A stretch of DNA of 64,000 bases from Ostreococcus lucimarinus (lineage: Eukaryota), in assembly GCA_000092065.1 (NCBI GenBank), contig CP000591.1. One strand, written 5' to 3'. The translations under genes were made by a program, and so were the position numbers. Within the stretch, counting starts at the first letter, position 1, and every line of letters starts with the position of its first letter. A model generated the notes under the pieces. The model was not told the DNA's origin. It made no database searches and saw nothing but the letters and a program-made list of their open reading frames with translations. This document shows, piece by piece, positions 28,579 through 37,770 of this stretch.

Positions 28579-28801
28579 CGCACGCGCGTTCGTATTGTTT
28601 AGATTTTAATTTCTCATTTCATTTCATTTCATTCCACTCCACTCTCGTTCCGTTTCACCAAACTCCTGCGGGCGAGTTGGGTGTTACGCGTACACGCGCG
28701 CCCCTCAGACCCGCGCGCGCTTCGCCGCGGGCTAAAATGCGCCGTCGTGATCGAGGAAACGACCCTCCGATGGTGTCGTCGACGTTCGTCGTCGTCCTCG
28801 T
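27064..28801 (+). repeat. Segmental duplication, copy 2 (1,738 bp)
   Basis: See copy 1. The differences I found are T27162 versus C20717 (synonymous Ile) and G28154 versus T21709 (Phe to Cys). Confidence 0.95.
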
Positions 28802-30515
28802 CGGCGTCGTCGCCCGCGCGAGCGCGCAGACCCACGCGCACCAACACCATCGAGGCGAAACGAGCCACGGCGACGGAAACTTTGTCACCTTCCCACCGTC
28901 GTTCGCGTTCGGCGTCGGAACGTCGGCGTGGCAGATCGAAGGAAACGGTGGTGATCGCCCGCGATCGGTGTGGGACGCGTTCGTGAGCGAACTAGGAGAG
29001 GAGAAGAGAGTGGAGGCGGAGCGCGGGATCGGCTTTCACGAGCGATACGCGGCGGATGCGCAAATGATGGCGGATGCGGGAGTGAAACATTTCAAAATGT
29101 CCCTGAGCTGGCCGAGGTTGATGCGCGCCGACGGGAGCGCGATCGATGAAGGGTTCGAGTATTATCAGAACGTTTTCGGGGCGCTACGCGAGCGAGGCGT
29201 GGAACCGCACGTGACGCTGTTTCACTGGGACACGCCGATGTGGTGCTGCGCCAACGAAACGATCGCGAGCGGGCGTGGGAGCGTGTGCGAAGGAGCTTGG
29301 GTGAAGGATGAAATCTTGAAAGATTTTGAGAAGTACGCGGATGCGGTGTTTAGTAGACTCGGGAAGGGGATAAAATATTGGACCACAATTAGTGAGCCAA
29401 AAACCGTCGCAGAGATGGGCTACGGTGCGGGCCTTCACGCGCCTGGGCGTCGGAGCGTGGAAGAACAACTTAAAGTGGGGCATAATATGTTGCGTGCACA
29501 CGCTTTGGCGGTGGCGCTCTATAGGGAGAAATATTCCCAGTTTGGAGGGAAACTTTCAATCAATTTGAATAGCGCTTGGGTCGAGCCGGCGTCGGATTCG
29601 CCGGACGACGTGCGTGCGGCGGCAAACGCGATGGATGAAGAGCTTGGATGGTTTGCCGATCCTATTTATAAAGGTGACTATCCGGCGAGCATGCGGGCGA
29701 GATTGGGGAGCTTTCTTCCGGAGTTCACCGAGGAGGAGCGCGTGCTCGTGAAAGGGAGCGTCGATTACTTTGCGCTCAATCACTACACGTCCTACTTCGC
29801 CAAGCATGTGACCGACGCGCAAGCTTCGTCGCAGCTTGGTTTGAGCGGCAGACCTCAGCCGTGGGAGATCACACTAGAGTCAGAAAAGAGCAAGAAACCA
29901 ATCGGCAAGGAGGCGCAAAGCGACTGGTTGCACATCGTGCCGTGGGGATTAGAAAAGGTTTTGCTGCACATCAAGGACAGATACGACGATCCAGCGATCA
30001 TGATCTCGGAGAATGGCGTCGATATCGCCGAGAGGGGCGATATCGCGGAAACTCTGGACGACACAACGAGAGTCAAGTTTATCGATGCCTATCTCGGAGC
30101 CGCTCGCGAGGCGATGCGTAAAGGCGCAAACGTTGTGGGGTACTTTTATTGGTCGATGTTCGACAACGTCGAGTGGGTGGATGGGCGATCGAAACGATTT
30201 GGTTTGGTTTATGTCGATTACGACGGCAAGTACGGCGAAAAGATGAAGCGCTATCCAAAGAAATCTCTCGAGCACTTCTCCTCCTACATGCGAGGAGAGC
30301 ACGCCGAAGAACCAACCCTCGGTGCCGCGCGCGTGCGACACTCGCTCGAAGACTCTTTCGTTCAAGTCGATCCGAGGCGTCAGGGCGAAATCTTCGCATT
30401 GCAAGGCATGGCGTTGACCATCGCCTGCGTCTACGCCGCGGCAGCGGCGTTCGCCGGCGGCGTCAAAATCGTCGAGCAAGACGTCGAGCAAGACGAACGC
30501 TCGTCCCTCGTCTGA
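28737..30515 (+). CDS. BGLU: GH1 beta-glucosidase with signal peptide and C-terminal TM anchor
   Basis: Track ORF 28569 starts at TTG inside the reductase 3' end; the first ATG is at 28737 (MRRRDRGNDPPMVSSTFVVVLVGVVARASA). FPPSFAFGVGTSAWQIEGN, LFHWDTPMW, acid/base TISEPK, nucleophile ISENG, YFYWSMFDNVEW, and TM LTIACVYAAAAAFAGGV. Confidence 0.9.
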   Translation: MRRRDRGNDPPMVSSTFVVVLVGVVARASAQTHAHQHHRGETSHGDGNFVTFPPSFAFGVGTSAWQIEGNGGDRPRSVWDAFVSELGEEKRVEAERGIGFHERYAADAQMMADAGVKHFKMSLSWPRLMRADGSAIDEGFEYYQNVFGALRERGVEPHVTLFHWDTPMWCCANETIASGRGSVCEGAWVKDEILKDFEKYADAVFSRLGKGIKYWTTISEPKTVAEMGYGAGLHAPGRRSVEEQLKVGHNMLRAHALAVALYREKYSQFGGKLSINLNSAWVEPASDSPDDVRAAANAMDEELGWFADPIYKGDYPASMRARLGSFLPEFTEEERVLVKGSVDYFALNHYTSYFAKHVTDAQASSQLGLSGRPQPWEITLESEKSKKPIGKEAQSDWLHIVPWGLEKVLLHIKDRYDDPAIMISENGVDIAERGDIAETLDDTTRVKFIDAYLGAAREAMRKGANVVGYFYWSMFDNVEWVDGRSKRFGLVYVDYDGKYGEKMKRYPKKSLEHFSSYMRGEHAEEPTLGAARVRHSLEDSFVQVDPRRQGEIFALQGMALTIACVYAAAAAFAGGVKIVEQDVEQDERSSLV

Positions 30516-30951
30516 CGCCATCGCCCACGATCGACACATAGCAAACAAATTCGCTTAAACGAGTAAACAGTTGAGACTTAGCGCGCGTTGAAACAATCAC
30601 ATGCACGGTATTGAACCATGGCGTGTACACGAGTCTCCGAAGACTCGCGTGCTTCGGGCGCTCCGCGCCATCGCGTCCACGTCGACGCGATGTGACCTTC
30701 GCCACGATCTCGCCCTCCTCGAGCGAGGTTTCGCGAACGCGCTTGCTCGCGACGAGCTCCGGCGCCGCGCAAAGCTTCGCGAGACGACTCGCAGCCGCGC
30801 GCGCACATATCGCTCGGTCGCCCGCGTCTTGACCGGGCGCGAGCGCGATTTGCGCGAGCCGCGCGAAATTTCGGTCCCCCGCGACGCGCGCGTTCTCCGC
30901 CACGCGTCGGTGGCGTCGCAGAAACTTTTTCACGTGCGTCTTCTTCGTCAT
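30463..30951 (-). CDS. Doubtful hypothetical ORF (MTKKTHVKKFLRRHRR...)
   Basis: This is the only ATG-initiated stretch with GC3-rich coding-like codons in the 1.1-kb gap between the GH1 and DUF829 genes. Its last 50 or so codons lose the codon bias and overlap the GH1 3' end by 53 bp, so the end, and even the reality of the gene, are uncertain. Confidence 0.25.
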   Translation of the reverse strand: MTKKTHVKKFLRRHRRVAENARVAGDRNFARLAQIALAPGQDAGDRAICARAAASRLAKLCAAPELVASKRVRETSLEEGEIVAKVTSRRRGRDGAERPKHASLRRLVYTPWFNTVHVIVSTRAKSQLFTRLSEFVCYVSIVGDGVRRGTSVRLARRLARRF

Positions 30952-31445
30952 GCCTCCATGTGACGTTTCGTCTCGGCGTCTCGACCTTGTGACGCGGCCT
31001 CGGACGCGCGCGAGGGCACCTCGGCACTCTGCGACGCGCGCGCGACTCGGCGCGGTCGTCGCGGACGCGTCGCGAAAGAAGAAAAAAAGTCGAGCATCGA
31101 ACCGCGCGTCGTTCGAGCGCCGCGCCGCGGCGCGCGCGACGCGCGGACGCGCGAGATGGGGCGCGTTGAAGCGGCGTTTCTCGGCGCCGGATCCCGCCTC
31201 GGGCGGCGCCTCGGGCGTCGCGCGCGCGACTAGCAAGACACGAAAACGAAGGAAAGAAAGCGCGTACGAATTCTTTTGAATCGATGTGCGCGGCGATGGA
31301 CGCGCGCGCGCGCGTTCGCGCGCCGACTCGCGCGATCGTCGTCTCCGAGACGGGCCGCGCAGACTGACCCTCGCGCAGAGGCCGACGCCAGAAGACACGC
31401 GAAACAAGGCGGCGATAGCGTCCAAACTATCGCTCGCCTGCGGCA

Positions 31446-31478
31446 GGTTAACCCAGGGTTGACCCAAGGTTGACCCAG
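31446..31478 (+). promoter_or_regulatory. 11-bp motif GGTTRACCCAR x3 in tandem, 130 bp upstream of the DUF829 gene ATG
   Basis: ggttaacccag ggttgacccaa ggttgacccag. GGTTGACCC also occurs at 40701-40709, in the loop of a hairpin. Confidence 0.5.
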
Positions 31479-31607
31479 CCGCAGTACTACACCCTCGCGG
31501 CGCGAGGACGCGAAGGAGGGACAGCTCGCTCGCGCGATCTCGTCGAACGACCTAGAGCCCTCGAAAGTAGCGATTGTAGTACGTCGCGTCACTCGCAGCC
31601 TCGCGCG

Positions 31608-32543
31608 ATGCTTCGAGTCGCCGCCGCGCGCGCGGTCGCGCGCACCCTCGCCCCCGCGAGCGTCCGCGCCGCCCGCCCGCGCGCGCGCGACGCGCGCCGG
31701 GCGCCGTCTCGTCGCGCGGCCGCCTCGTTCGCCGCGAACGACGACGTGCGCGCGATAAAACTCGCGCCGTACTGCGAACTCCTCACGCGGTCGAACGACG
31801 CCGAACGACCGCTCGCGATATGCGTCGGATGGTTTGGAGCGTCGTTGAAACACGTGAAGAAGTATGCGGCGATGTACGTCGACGCGAATTGCGACGCGGT
31901 GGCGATCGCGCCGCCGAGCGCGGCGATGCTCGTGCCGGCGGCGGTCGATGCGTACGCCGACGTAATCCTGCGAGCGCTCGCGCGGCACGTTCGCGGAAAG
32001 TGCGTCGTGCACGTGGCGTCGAACGGAGGGTTCATTTTCGCTGGAAATTTAATGCTCAAGGCGGCGAACGGCGACGCGACGGCGCGCACGATTTTTGAGC
32101 GGACGAAGGGCGTCGTGTTCGATTGCGCCCCTGGAAATTTGCGGCCCGATATCGTGGCGCGGGCGTTCGCGGCTGTCGTTGGAGGCGCGAGCGCGACGAG
32201 TGAGCCATCGCCGTATTTCGAGGTGTTTGCGTCGTGGTTGTTAGGGAGAAGGGTTCTCAGCGAACGTTTGCTGAGGATCGATGAGTTGTGGGGCAAGGCG
32301 GGAGCGCCAGAGTCAATCTTGTTGCGTTGCCCGTCGATGTTCATGTACAGCGAAGCCGACGTACTGATTTCCCCACGCGAGATCGAGGCTTTCGCGACGC
32401 TCAGACAAGACCAAACCGGTCACAGGAGCACTCTTCACAAGTACGACGACGCTGGGCACTGCGAAATTGGCCGCGACGACTACGAAGATTACAAGAGCAA
32501 GGTGACCGATTTCTTAGAGCGCGTCGTGCATTCGGCGGCGTAG
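31608..32543 (+). CDS. DUF829/TMEM53-like alpha/beta-hydrolase-fold protein with an organellar presequence
   Basis: Track ORF starts at TTG 31470; the first ATG is at 31608 (MLRVAAARAVARTLAPASV). PLAICVGWFGASLKHVKKYAAMY, VHVASNGG, VFDCAPG, MFMYSEADVLISPREIEAFA, KYDDAGHCEI. Confidence 0.7.
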   Translation: MLRVAAARAVARTLAPASVRAARPRARDARRAPSRRAAASFAANDDVRAIKLAPYCELLTRSNDAERPLAICVGWFGASLKHVKKYAAMYVDANCDAVAIAPPSAAMLVPAAVDAYADVILRALARHVRGKCVVHVASNGGFIFAGNLMLKAANGDATARTIFERTKGVVFDCAPGNLRPDIVARAFAAVVGGASATSEPSPYFEVFASWLLGRRVLSERLLRIDELWGKAGAPESILLRCPSMFMYSEADVLISPREIEAFATLRQDQTGHRSTLHKYDDAGHCEIGRDDYEDYKSKVTDFLERVVHSAA

Positions 32544-32585
32544 CATTTGTTGTATTATTTTCTAGATTTCTAGTCATCGCGGCGT

Positions 32586-35555
32586 CTAAGTTGATGTTGT
32601 TTGCGAGCGCACGCGCACGAGGTCTTTGATTTCTTTCACGAATGATGCGTTTGCGAGTAATTCTTCACACGCAACATGGATTCTGAACCGCCAGTAATGT
32701 TTGGGATTCGTTGGGTCGTTGATTGTTTCTTCCAGCGCTGGTCGCTTGGCGTATCGTTCGTCGAGCGCAAGAACGTCTTGAATCGGGAAAATAGCCAGCA
32801 CGCTCGGACTTTCGATGTGCTGGGTGAGAATTCGGCGCATCACACTCGGCGTGCACGCGTCGTCATTTCCGCACTGAAACATCTCGTCGTATCGCGCACG
32901 GCGTTCGGCGTCTTCTTCCCACCACGCTCGCGTGGTCATGGTGTCGTGACAAGAAGGCGAGCAAACCGTTAAGTATGAATACGTGTGCGGGCGACCGAAT
33001 TCTGAACTTTCGCCCACGGGAGGCATGCGCTGAATGCGTAAACCTAGAATACCAAGTTCATCCATCACAGGCGGCACGCACATCGGTGTGAAGCCGAGGT
33101 CTTCTCCACACACGAGCATTTCCGTCGATTTCAACAGCGCGGGTAACACTTTTCGTGCTTGCTTACGCCATGTGTTCGTTTGACGGCCGAAATAGTAATC
33201 GTTCGACAAATCTCTGAGCGCGTCTCGCATCCAGCCTTCGAGCGCTTGGAAAGACGTCGTCTCTTCGAGCCCGAACCGAGGATAGAAATGGTCGATATTC
33301 TCCACGTCTGTCAAGAGGCATCGGTTTTGAAACAGTTGCATCAATCCAGCGCGAACCAAGAGTTGTTCGTCGTTGAGATGCATCGGGAAATCTCCGCGAG
33401 GTTTCGTTGCGGCAAAAATAGCCTGTTCAGTGTCAAACTCACGTCTGAACTGCCATAATCCGCGCTGATCATCGACCTCGATCATGTATCGATACGCGAT
33501 TTCGTGCACGTTTTCTCCGAAAAGCACCTCTAACTCGTGCCATTGGATATAAGGCTGCGTCAGACGATTGAGATCCCACAACCCACGCGCCGCGAGCTCG
33601 TCGCGCGTGAGCGGTAGCGACGGCCTGAACCGACCCATGCGCCCAGTTGTAGCGCTCGCGGGAAGTTCCCATATTCGGAAGAATCCTAAGATATGATCGA
33701 TACGAATCGCGCTGAAGTACTGCTCCAAGTGTTGCATGCGAGCTCGCCACCAGGCGTAGTCGTCCTCAGCCATAGTTTCCCAGTTGTACGTCGGGAATCC
33801 CCAGTTCTGTCCGTTTGCATCAAAAGCATCGGGCGGCGCGCCCGTGGAAGTATCCATGCGGAACAAACGTGGGTGCATCCACGTATCGACGCTGCGTTTG
33901 TCCACGCCGACCGGAAGATCGCCTTTCAAAATGACACCCTTTGACTTGGCGTATTGCGCCGTCGTAACCAGTTGGGTGTGCAAATTGTACTGGAGGTAAA
34001 AAAAGAATCGTGTCGACTCGTACAAATCGCCTCCCGGGCAATCAATCTTGTCCAAAATTTCTTTCGAGAACGTGGCGAACACACCCCAACGCCAATGTTC
34101 AGCCGTACCGAACAAATCTCGAAGTACGCAAAAGACGCCGTACGGTCGCAGCCACGATTCATTGGCTTTATAAAACGTTTGAAAATCATCAGACGCGAGA
34201 ACCTTTTCGCCGTCGGTATAATAGGCTCGACGCGCGAACGAAAGTTTCTCCTTTACCGTTGCCTCGTAGTCGATCTCTTTCAAGTCCAACGCCACGCGCG
34301 CGGCTTCGATTTCCTCCGCGAGTTCCGCCGTGACGCCGGATAGCTCTTGCACGCGCAGATACATGACGTGAAGCGCGTGCACGGAGAGCGACGAGTACGG
34401 ATAAGAGTCCCAAAAAGTGCCGTACACGCACGTGTCATTTACCGGCAACACCTGCACCACGGACATCCCAGTCGTCGACGCAAAGTCCACCATTTGACGC
34501 AAATCCACAAAGTCGCCGCACCCGACGCTCTGCGCCGTGCGCACGGAGAAGACGGGAAGCGCCATTCCCGAACCTTTCCAAACCCCGCCGTGGGTGAAGA
34601 CGCCATCGCGATGAATCAATCGTCTTTCTACCGCGTTTGCGACGTCCCCGTCGTCGCTCAGCGAACACTCTCGCGCGCCTCGAGCGTCCTCCACGACGTC
34701 GTCGCCGTCCCGAAGGGCGTACGAGTACTCAAACGGCAACTCGGACGCGTCTACTTGGAACTCGATCGTCCACACGTCCGTTCCCGCGCGTTTGCCGAGC
34801 GAGCGCTCACTTTTCAAAGCCGCGCACGACCCACGCACGACGACGCGCTGGGATTTCGTCGCACGAGGCGCCTTAATCTCCAACCGCACGTCTACTCCGG
34901 CGCGCCCGCGCTTCGCCGGCGTCGTCTCCCCATTCGTCTCGCACCGATCTCCCACGACTTCGTGCGCCAAATCCCCGCGTCCCACGTACTCCGGCGTCAC
35001 CACGCTCGCGAACGCCTTGCGTTCGAACACGTGCTCCGCCGTGGCGCGCGAATTCCACTCGTCCGCGCACTCCACGCCTCGCTCGCCGCGCGTCCCGCGC
35101 CCGTCCTCCAACTCCAACGTCCGCACCTCCCCGTCCCACGCGATCACGTGTTCGCGCTCGTCGATCACCGCGTACCTATACTCGATCGTCCTCCTCCCGT
35201 TCGCGCTTTTCCCGCTCCCGAGCCCTCCGTCCTCCGCGCGCGTCTCCGCTCGCCACTCGAGCTCGCGTTCGCCGCGTCCCGCCCGACACCGCATCCGCAG
35301 CCCTCTCGCCGGGTTCCATCGTCCCAGCGCCGCGTCCGCGCCGCACACCACGAGATTCTCCCCCCAATTCGTCCAGTACGACGTTCGAAACGCGATCGTC
35401 GTCCCATCGCGCGCGCGCGTCGCCGTCGCGCCCGACGCCGTTAATCCGTCCGCGTCCTCGTCGGCGTCTTCGCGCCGTCGTTCCGTCGTCACCGTCGCGA
35501 GCGTCGCGTCGAGCGCGCGCGCGAGCGATGCGACGTCGTTCGGCGCGTCTCTCAT
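32586..35555 (-). CDS. DPE2: 4-alpha-glucanotransferase DPE2 (GH77) with two N-terminal CBM20 modules
   Basis: The track ORF extends to 36350 through Arg-rich junk overlapping the Der gene. I start at ATG 35555 (MRDAPNDVASLARAL). CBM20-like IAFRTSYWTNWGENLVVCG..RWNP and VVVRGSCAAL...FEYSYAL; GH77 motifs ALPVFSVRT..VGCGDF, VLPVNDT, RIDHILGFFRIWELP, VCGEDLGFTP. Confidence 0.9.
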   Translation of the reverse strand: MRDAPNDVASLARALDATLATVTTERRREDADEDADGLTASGATATRARDGTTIAFRTSYWTNWGENLVVCGADAALGRWNPARGLRMRCRAGRGERELEWRAETRAEDGGLGSGKSANGRRTIEYRYAVIDEREHVIAWDGEVRTLELEDGRGTRGERGVECADEWNSRATAEHVFERKAFASVVTPEYVGRGDLAHEVVGDRCETNGETTPAKRGRAGVDVRLEIKAPRATKSQRVVVRGSCAALKSERSLGKRAGTDVWTIEFQVDASELPFEYSYALRDGDDVVEDARGARECSLSDDGDVANAVERRLIHRDGVFTHGGVWKGSGMALPVFSVRTAQSVGCGDFVDLRQMVDFASTTGMSVVQVLPVNDTCVYGTFWDSYPYSSLSVHALHVMYLRVQELSGVTAELAEEIEAARVALDLKEIDYEATVKEKLSFARRAYYTDGEKVLASDDFQTFYKANESWLRPYGVFCVLRDLFGTAEHWRWGVFATFSKEILDKIDCPGGDLYESTRFFFYLQYNLHTQLVTTAQYAKSKGVILKGDLPVGVDKRSVDTWMHPRLFRMDTSTGAPPDAFDANGQNWGFPTYNWETMAEDDYAWWRARMQHLEQYFSAIRIDHILGFFRIWELPASATTGRMGRFRPSLPLTRDELAARGLWDLNRLTQPYIQWHELEVLFGENVHEIAYRYMIEVDDQRGLWQFRREFDTEQAIFAATKPRGDFPMHLNDEQLLVRAGLMQLFQNRCLLTDVENIDHFYPRFGLEETTSFQALEGWMRDALRDLSNDYYFGRQTNTWRKQARKVLPALLKSTEMLVCGEDLGFTPMCVPPVMDELGILGLRIQRMPPVGESSEFGRPHTYSYLTVCSPSCHDTMTTRAWWEEDAERRARYDEMFQCGNDDACTPSVMRRILTQHIESPSVLAIFPIQDVLALDERYAKRPALEETINDPTNPKHYWRFRIHVACEELLANASFVKEIKDLVRVRSQTTST

Positions 35556-35732
35556 CTCGCGCGCGCGCGCGATCGACGCCGCGGCGGCGAGTGACGGACG
35601 CGATTCGCGCGCGCGCGATTCGCGATCGGTCGCGCGCGGTCGGTCGTCGTATGTGCAAACAGTGAGGAGTTGGTGTTTCGGTGCCGCCGCGCCCGCGCGC
35701 GACGGCACACGTCGACGCCTCGCGCGCGAGCG

Positions 35733-37616
35733 ATGCGCGCGACGACGGCGACGTGCGCGCGCGCGATGCGGTGCGGACTGTCCAGAGCGCTCGACGCGCG
35801 AGGGCCGGGCGCGACGCGCGCGGCGGGCGCGACGCGACGACGCGCGACGACGACGCGGCGCGCCGCCGGCGGCGGGACGACGACGGACGACGACGACGAC
35901 GACGCGCGCGCGCGGGCGAGCGGGACGTCGGCGATCGAGATGGAGCGCATGGACCGCGAGGCGCGGACGTACGCCACGGCGTGGGCGAACGAACTGGCGA
36001 GCACGCTGTCGGAGGACGCGAGGGCGCTGGAGCGAAGGCTGTTCGGCGACGAAGGCGGCGCGAGCGAGCGCGGCGAGGACGAAGACGAAGACGCGAGCGA
36101 GGAAGAGACGGTCGGGACGAGCGGGAGGAAGGGGAAGGCGCGCGCGGACGCGAGAGTGCGAAGGAAGACGCGACGAGATTGGAGTAAAGTGCCGGACGAG
36201 GCGCTGCCAAGAGTCGCCGTCGTGGGACGGCCAAACGTGGGGAAGAGCGCGTTGTTTAATAGACTCACTGGAACGAAACGGGCGATCGTGTACGACGAGC
36301 CGGGGGTGACGCGAGATCGGATGTATGTGCGCGCGTATTGGGGCGAACACGAGTTCATGATGGTGGACACGGGCGGGTTGGAAAATTTACCGGCCAATCC
36401 CGAGGGTGGGCCGAAGACGGACACCGTCGGCGGCGTCGAAATCTTACCTGGGATGATCGAGGCGCAGGCCGCGGAGGCTGTGCGAGAAGCGTCTGTGCTC
36501 ATTTTTGTCGTCGACGGTCAAGTTGGGCTGACGGCGGCGGATATGGATATTTTCGCCTGGTTGCGTCGCACGCACTCGAAAATACCGCTCCATCTGGCGG
36601 TGAACAAGTGCGAGAGCACGACGAAGGGGGAGGACCAAATCCTCGAGTTTTGGTCTTTAGGCGACGTTACCCCACTCGCTGTTTCCGCCATCAGCGGCAC
36701 CGGGACCGGGGAGCTTTTGGATAACATGTGCGCGACTTTGCCGCCGCCTCCGCAAGTCTCCGAGGATGAAAACGCAGAGGAGGAAGATATTCCCGTCACA
36801 GTCGCCATCATCGGCCGACCGAACGTGGGGAAGAGTTCGTTGTTGAATGGTTTGGCCGGTGAAGCGCGATCGATCGTGAGCGACTTTTCTGGTACCACAC
36901 GAGACAGCATCGATACCTTGGTCGAGGACAAGTACACGGGGCGAAAGTTTACACTCATCGATACGGCGGGCATTCGGCGACGAACTCAAGTGAAATCCGG
37001 CACGGATGGAGCCGAAAAACTCAGCGTCGGTCGCGCTTTGCAAGCGATGAAGCGTGCAGACGTAGTGGTGCTAGTTATAGATGGTACTGAAGGACCGAGC
37101 CAACAGGATTTTGTACTCGCCGAGCGCGCCACGCAAGAGGGCTGCGCCATCGTGTTGTGCATCAACAAGTGGGATTTGGTGGACAAGGATACGCACACGA
37201 TGAACAAGTATACGGACGATATGCGATTAAAGTTGCGTGTGTTTGAATATGCCGAAATTGTGTACACGTCTGCGCTCACTGGACAGAGAATCCAAAAGAT
37301 TTTAGACGCCGCGCAGGTGGCGAGCGAGAATCACCGCAAACGTCTCACCACGGCGACGCTCAACTCTGTCGTACAAGAGGCGACTTTGTGGAAGCTCCCG
37401 CCGTCGAGAAACAGCAGAAAGGGTAAGATTTATTACATCACGCAAGCGTCGATACGTCCACCGACGTTCGTCTTTTTCGTGAACGACCCCAAGCTGTTTC
37501 CGGACACGTACCGTCGGTACATGGAGCGCCAACTGAGAGAGAACATCGGCTTCCCGGGAACTCCGATTCGCTTGCTGTGGAGAGGAAAGGGCGTCGAAAA
37601 AGGGCCGAGGAAATAA
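35733..37616 (+). CDS. ENGA: Der/EngA double-GTPase (organellar ribosome biogenesis) with presequence
   Basis: Track ORF starts at TTG 35670; the first ATG is at 35733. Two G domains (GRPNVGKSALFNRL...DTGG...NKCE; GRPNVGKSSLLNGL...DTAG...NKWD) and a KH-like C-terminus (PPTFVFFVNDP). Confidence 0.9.
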   Translation: MRATTATCARAMRCGLSRALDARGPGATRAAGATRRRATTTRRAAGGGTTTDDDDDDARARASGTSAIEMERMDREARTYATAWANELASTLSEDARALERRLFGDEGGASERGEDEDEDASEEETVGTSGRKGKARADARVRRKTRRDWSKVPDEALPRVAVVGRPNVGKSALFNRLTGTKRAIVYDEPGVTRDRMYVRAYWGEHEFMMVDTGGLENLPANPEGGPKTDTVGGVEILPGMIEAQAAEAVREASVLIFVVDGQVGLTAADMDIFAWLRRTHSKIPLHLAVNKCESTTKGEDQILEFWSLGDVTPLAVSAISGTGTGELLDNMCATLPPPPQVSEDENAEEEDIPVTVAIIGRPNVGKSSLLNGLAGEARSIVSDFSGTTRDSIDTLVEDKYTGRKFTLIDTAGIRRRTQVKSGTDGAEKLSVGRALQAMKRADVVVLVIDGTEGPSQQDFVLAERATQEGCAIVLCINKWDLVDKDTHTMNKYTDDMRLKLRVFEYAEIVYTSALTGQRIQKILDAAQVASENHRKRLTTATLNSVVQEATLWKLPPSRNSRKGKIYYITQASIRPPTFVFFVNDPKLFPDTYRRYMERQLRENIGFPGTPIRLLWRGKGVEKGPRK

Positions 37617-37770
37617 ATAGAAGCGATTGCGTAAATGTATTAAGATGAGAAGCTATGATAATTTTGAATAACCTGACGCGCGCGGCGGTGTTGAGCGCTT
37701 TGCGTTGTACAACAAGAATTGAATCGAAGTCGCCGTCTCGTCGCGCGACGACGCGACGAATCTTCCCTCC

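Noticed and set aside
20619-28801. Reading the two 1.74-kb direct repeats plus the 4.7-kb interior as an LTR retrotransposon.
   Set aside because: The supposed LTRs are host exons: the reductase 3' half and the GH1 5' end, each continuous with its gene outside the repeat. There are no TG...CA termini and no short TSD. The interior has no gag/pol/RT/integrase-like ORF, only two cellular-type secreted proteins and a MYB fragment.
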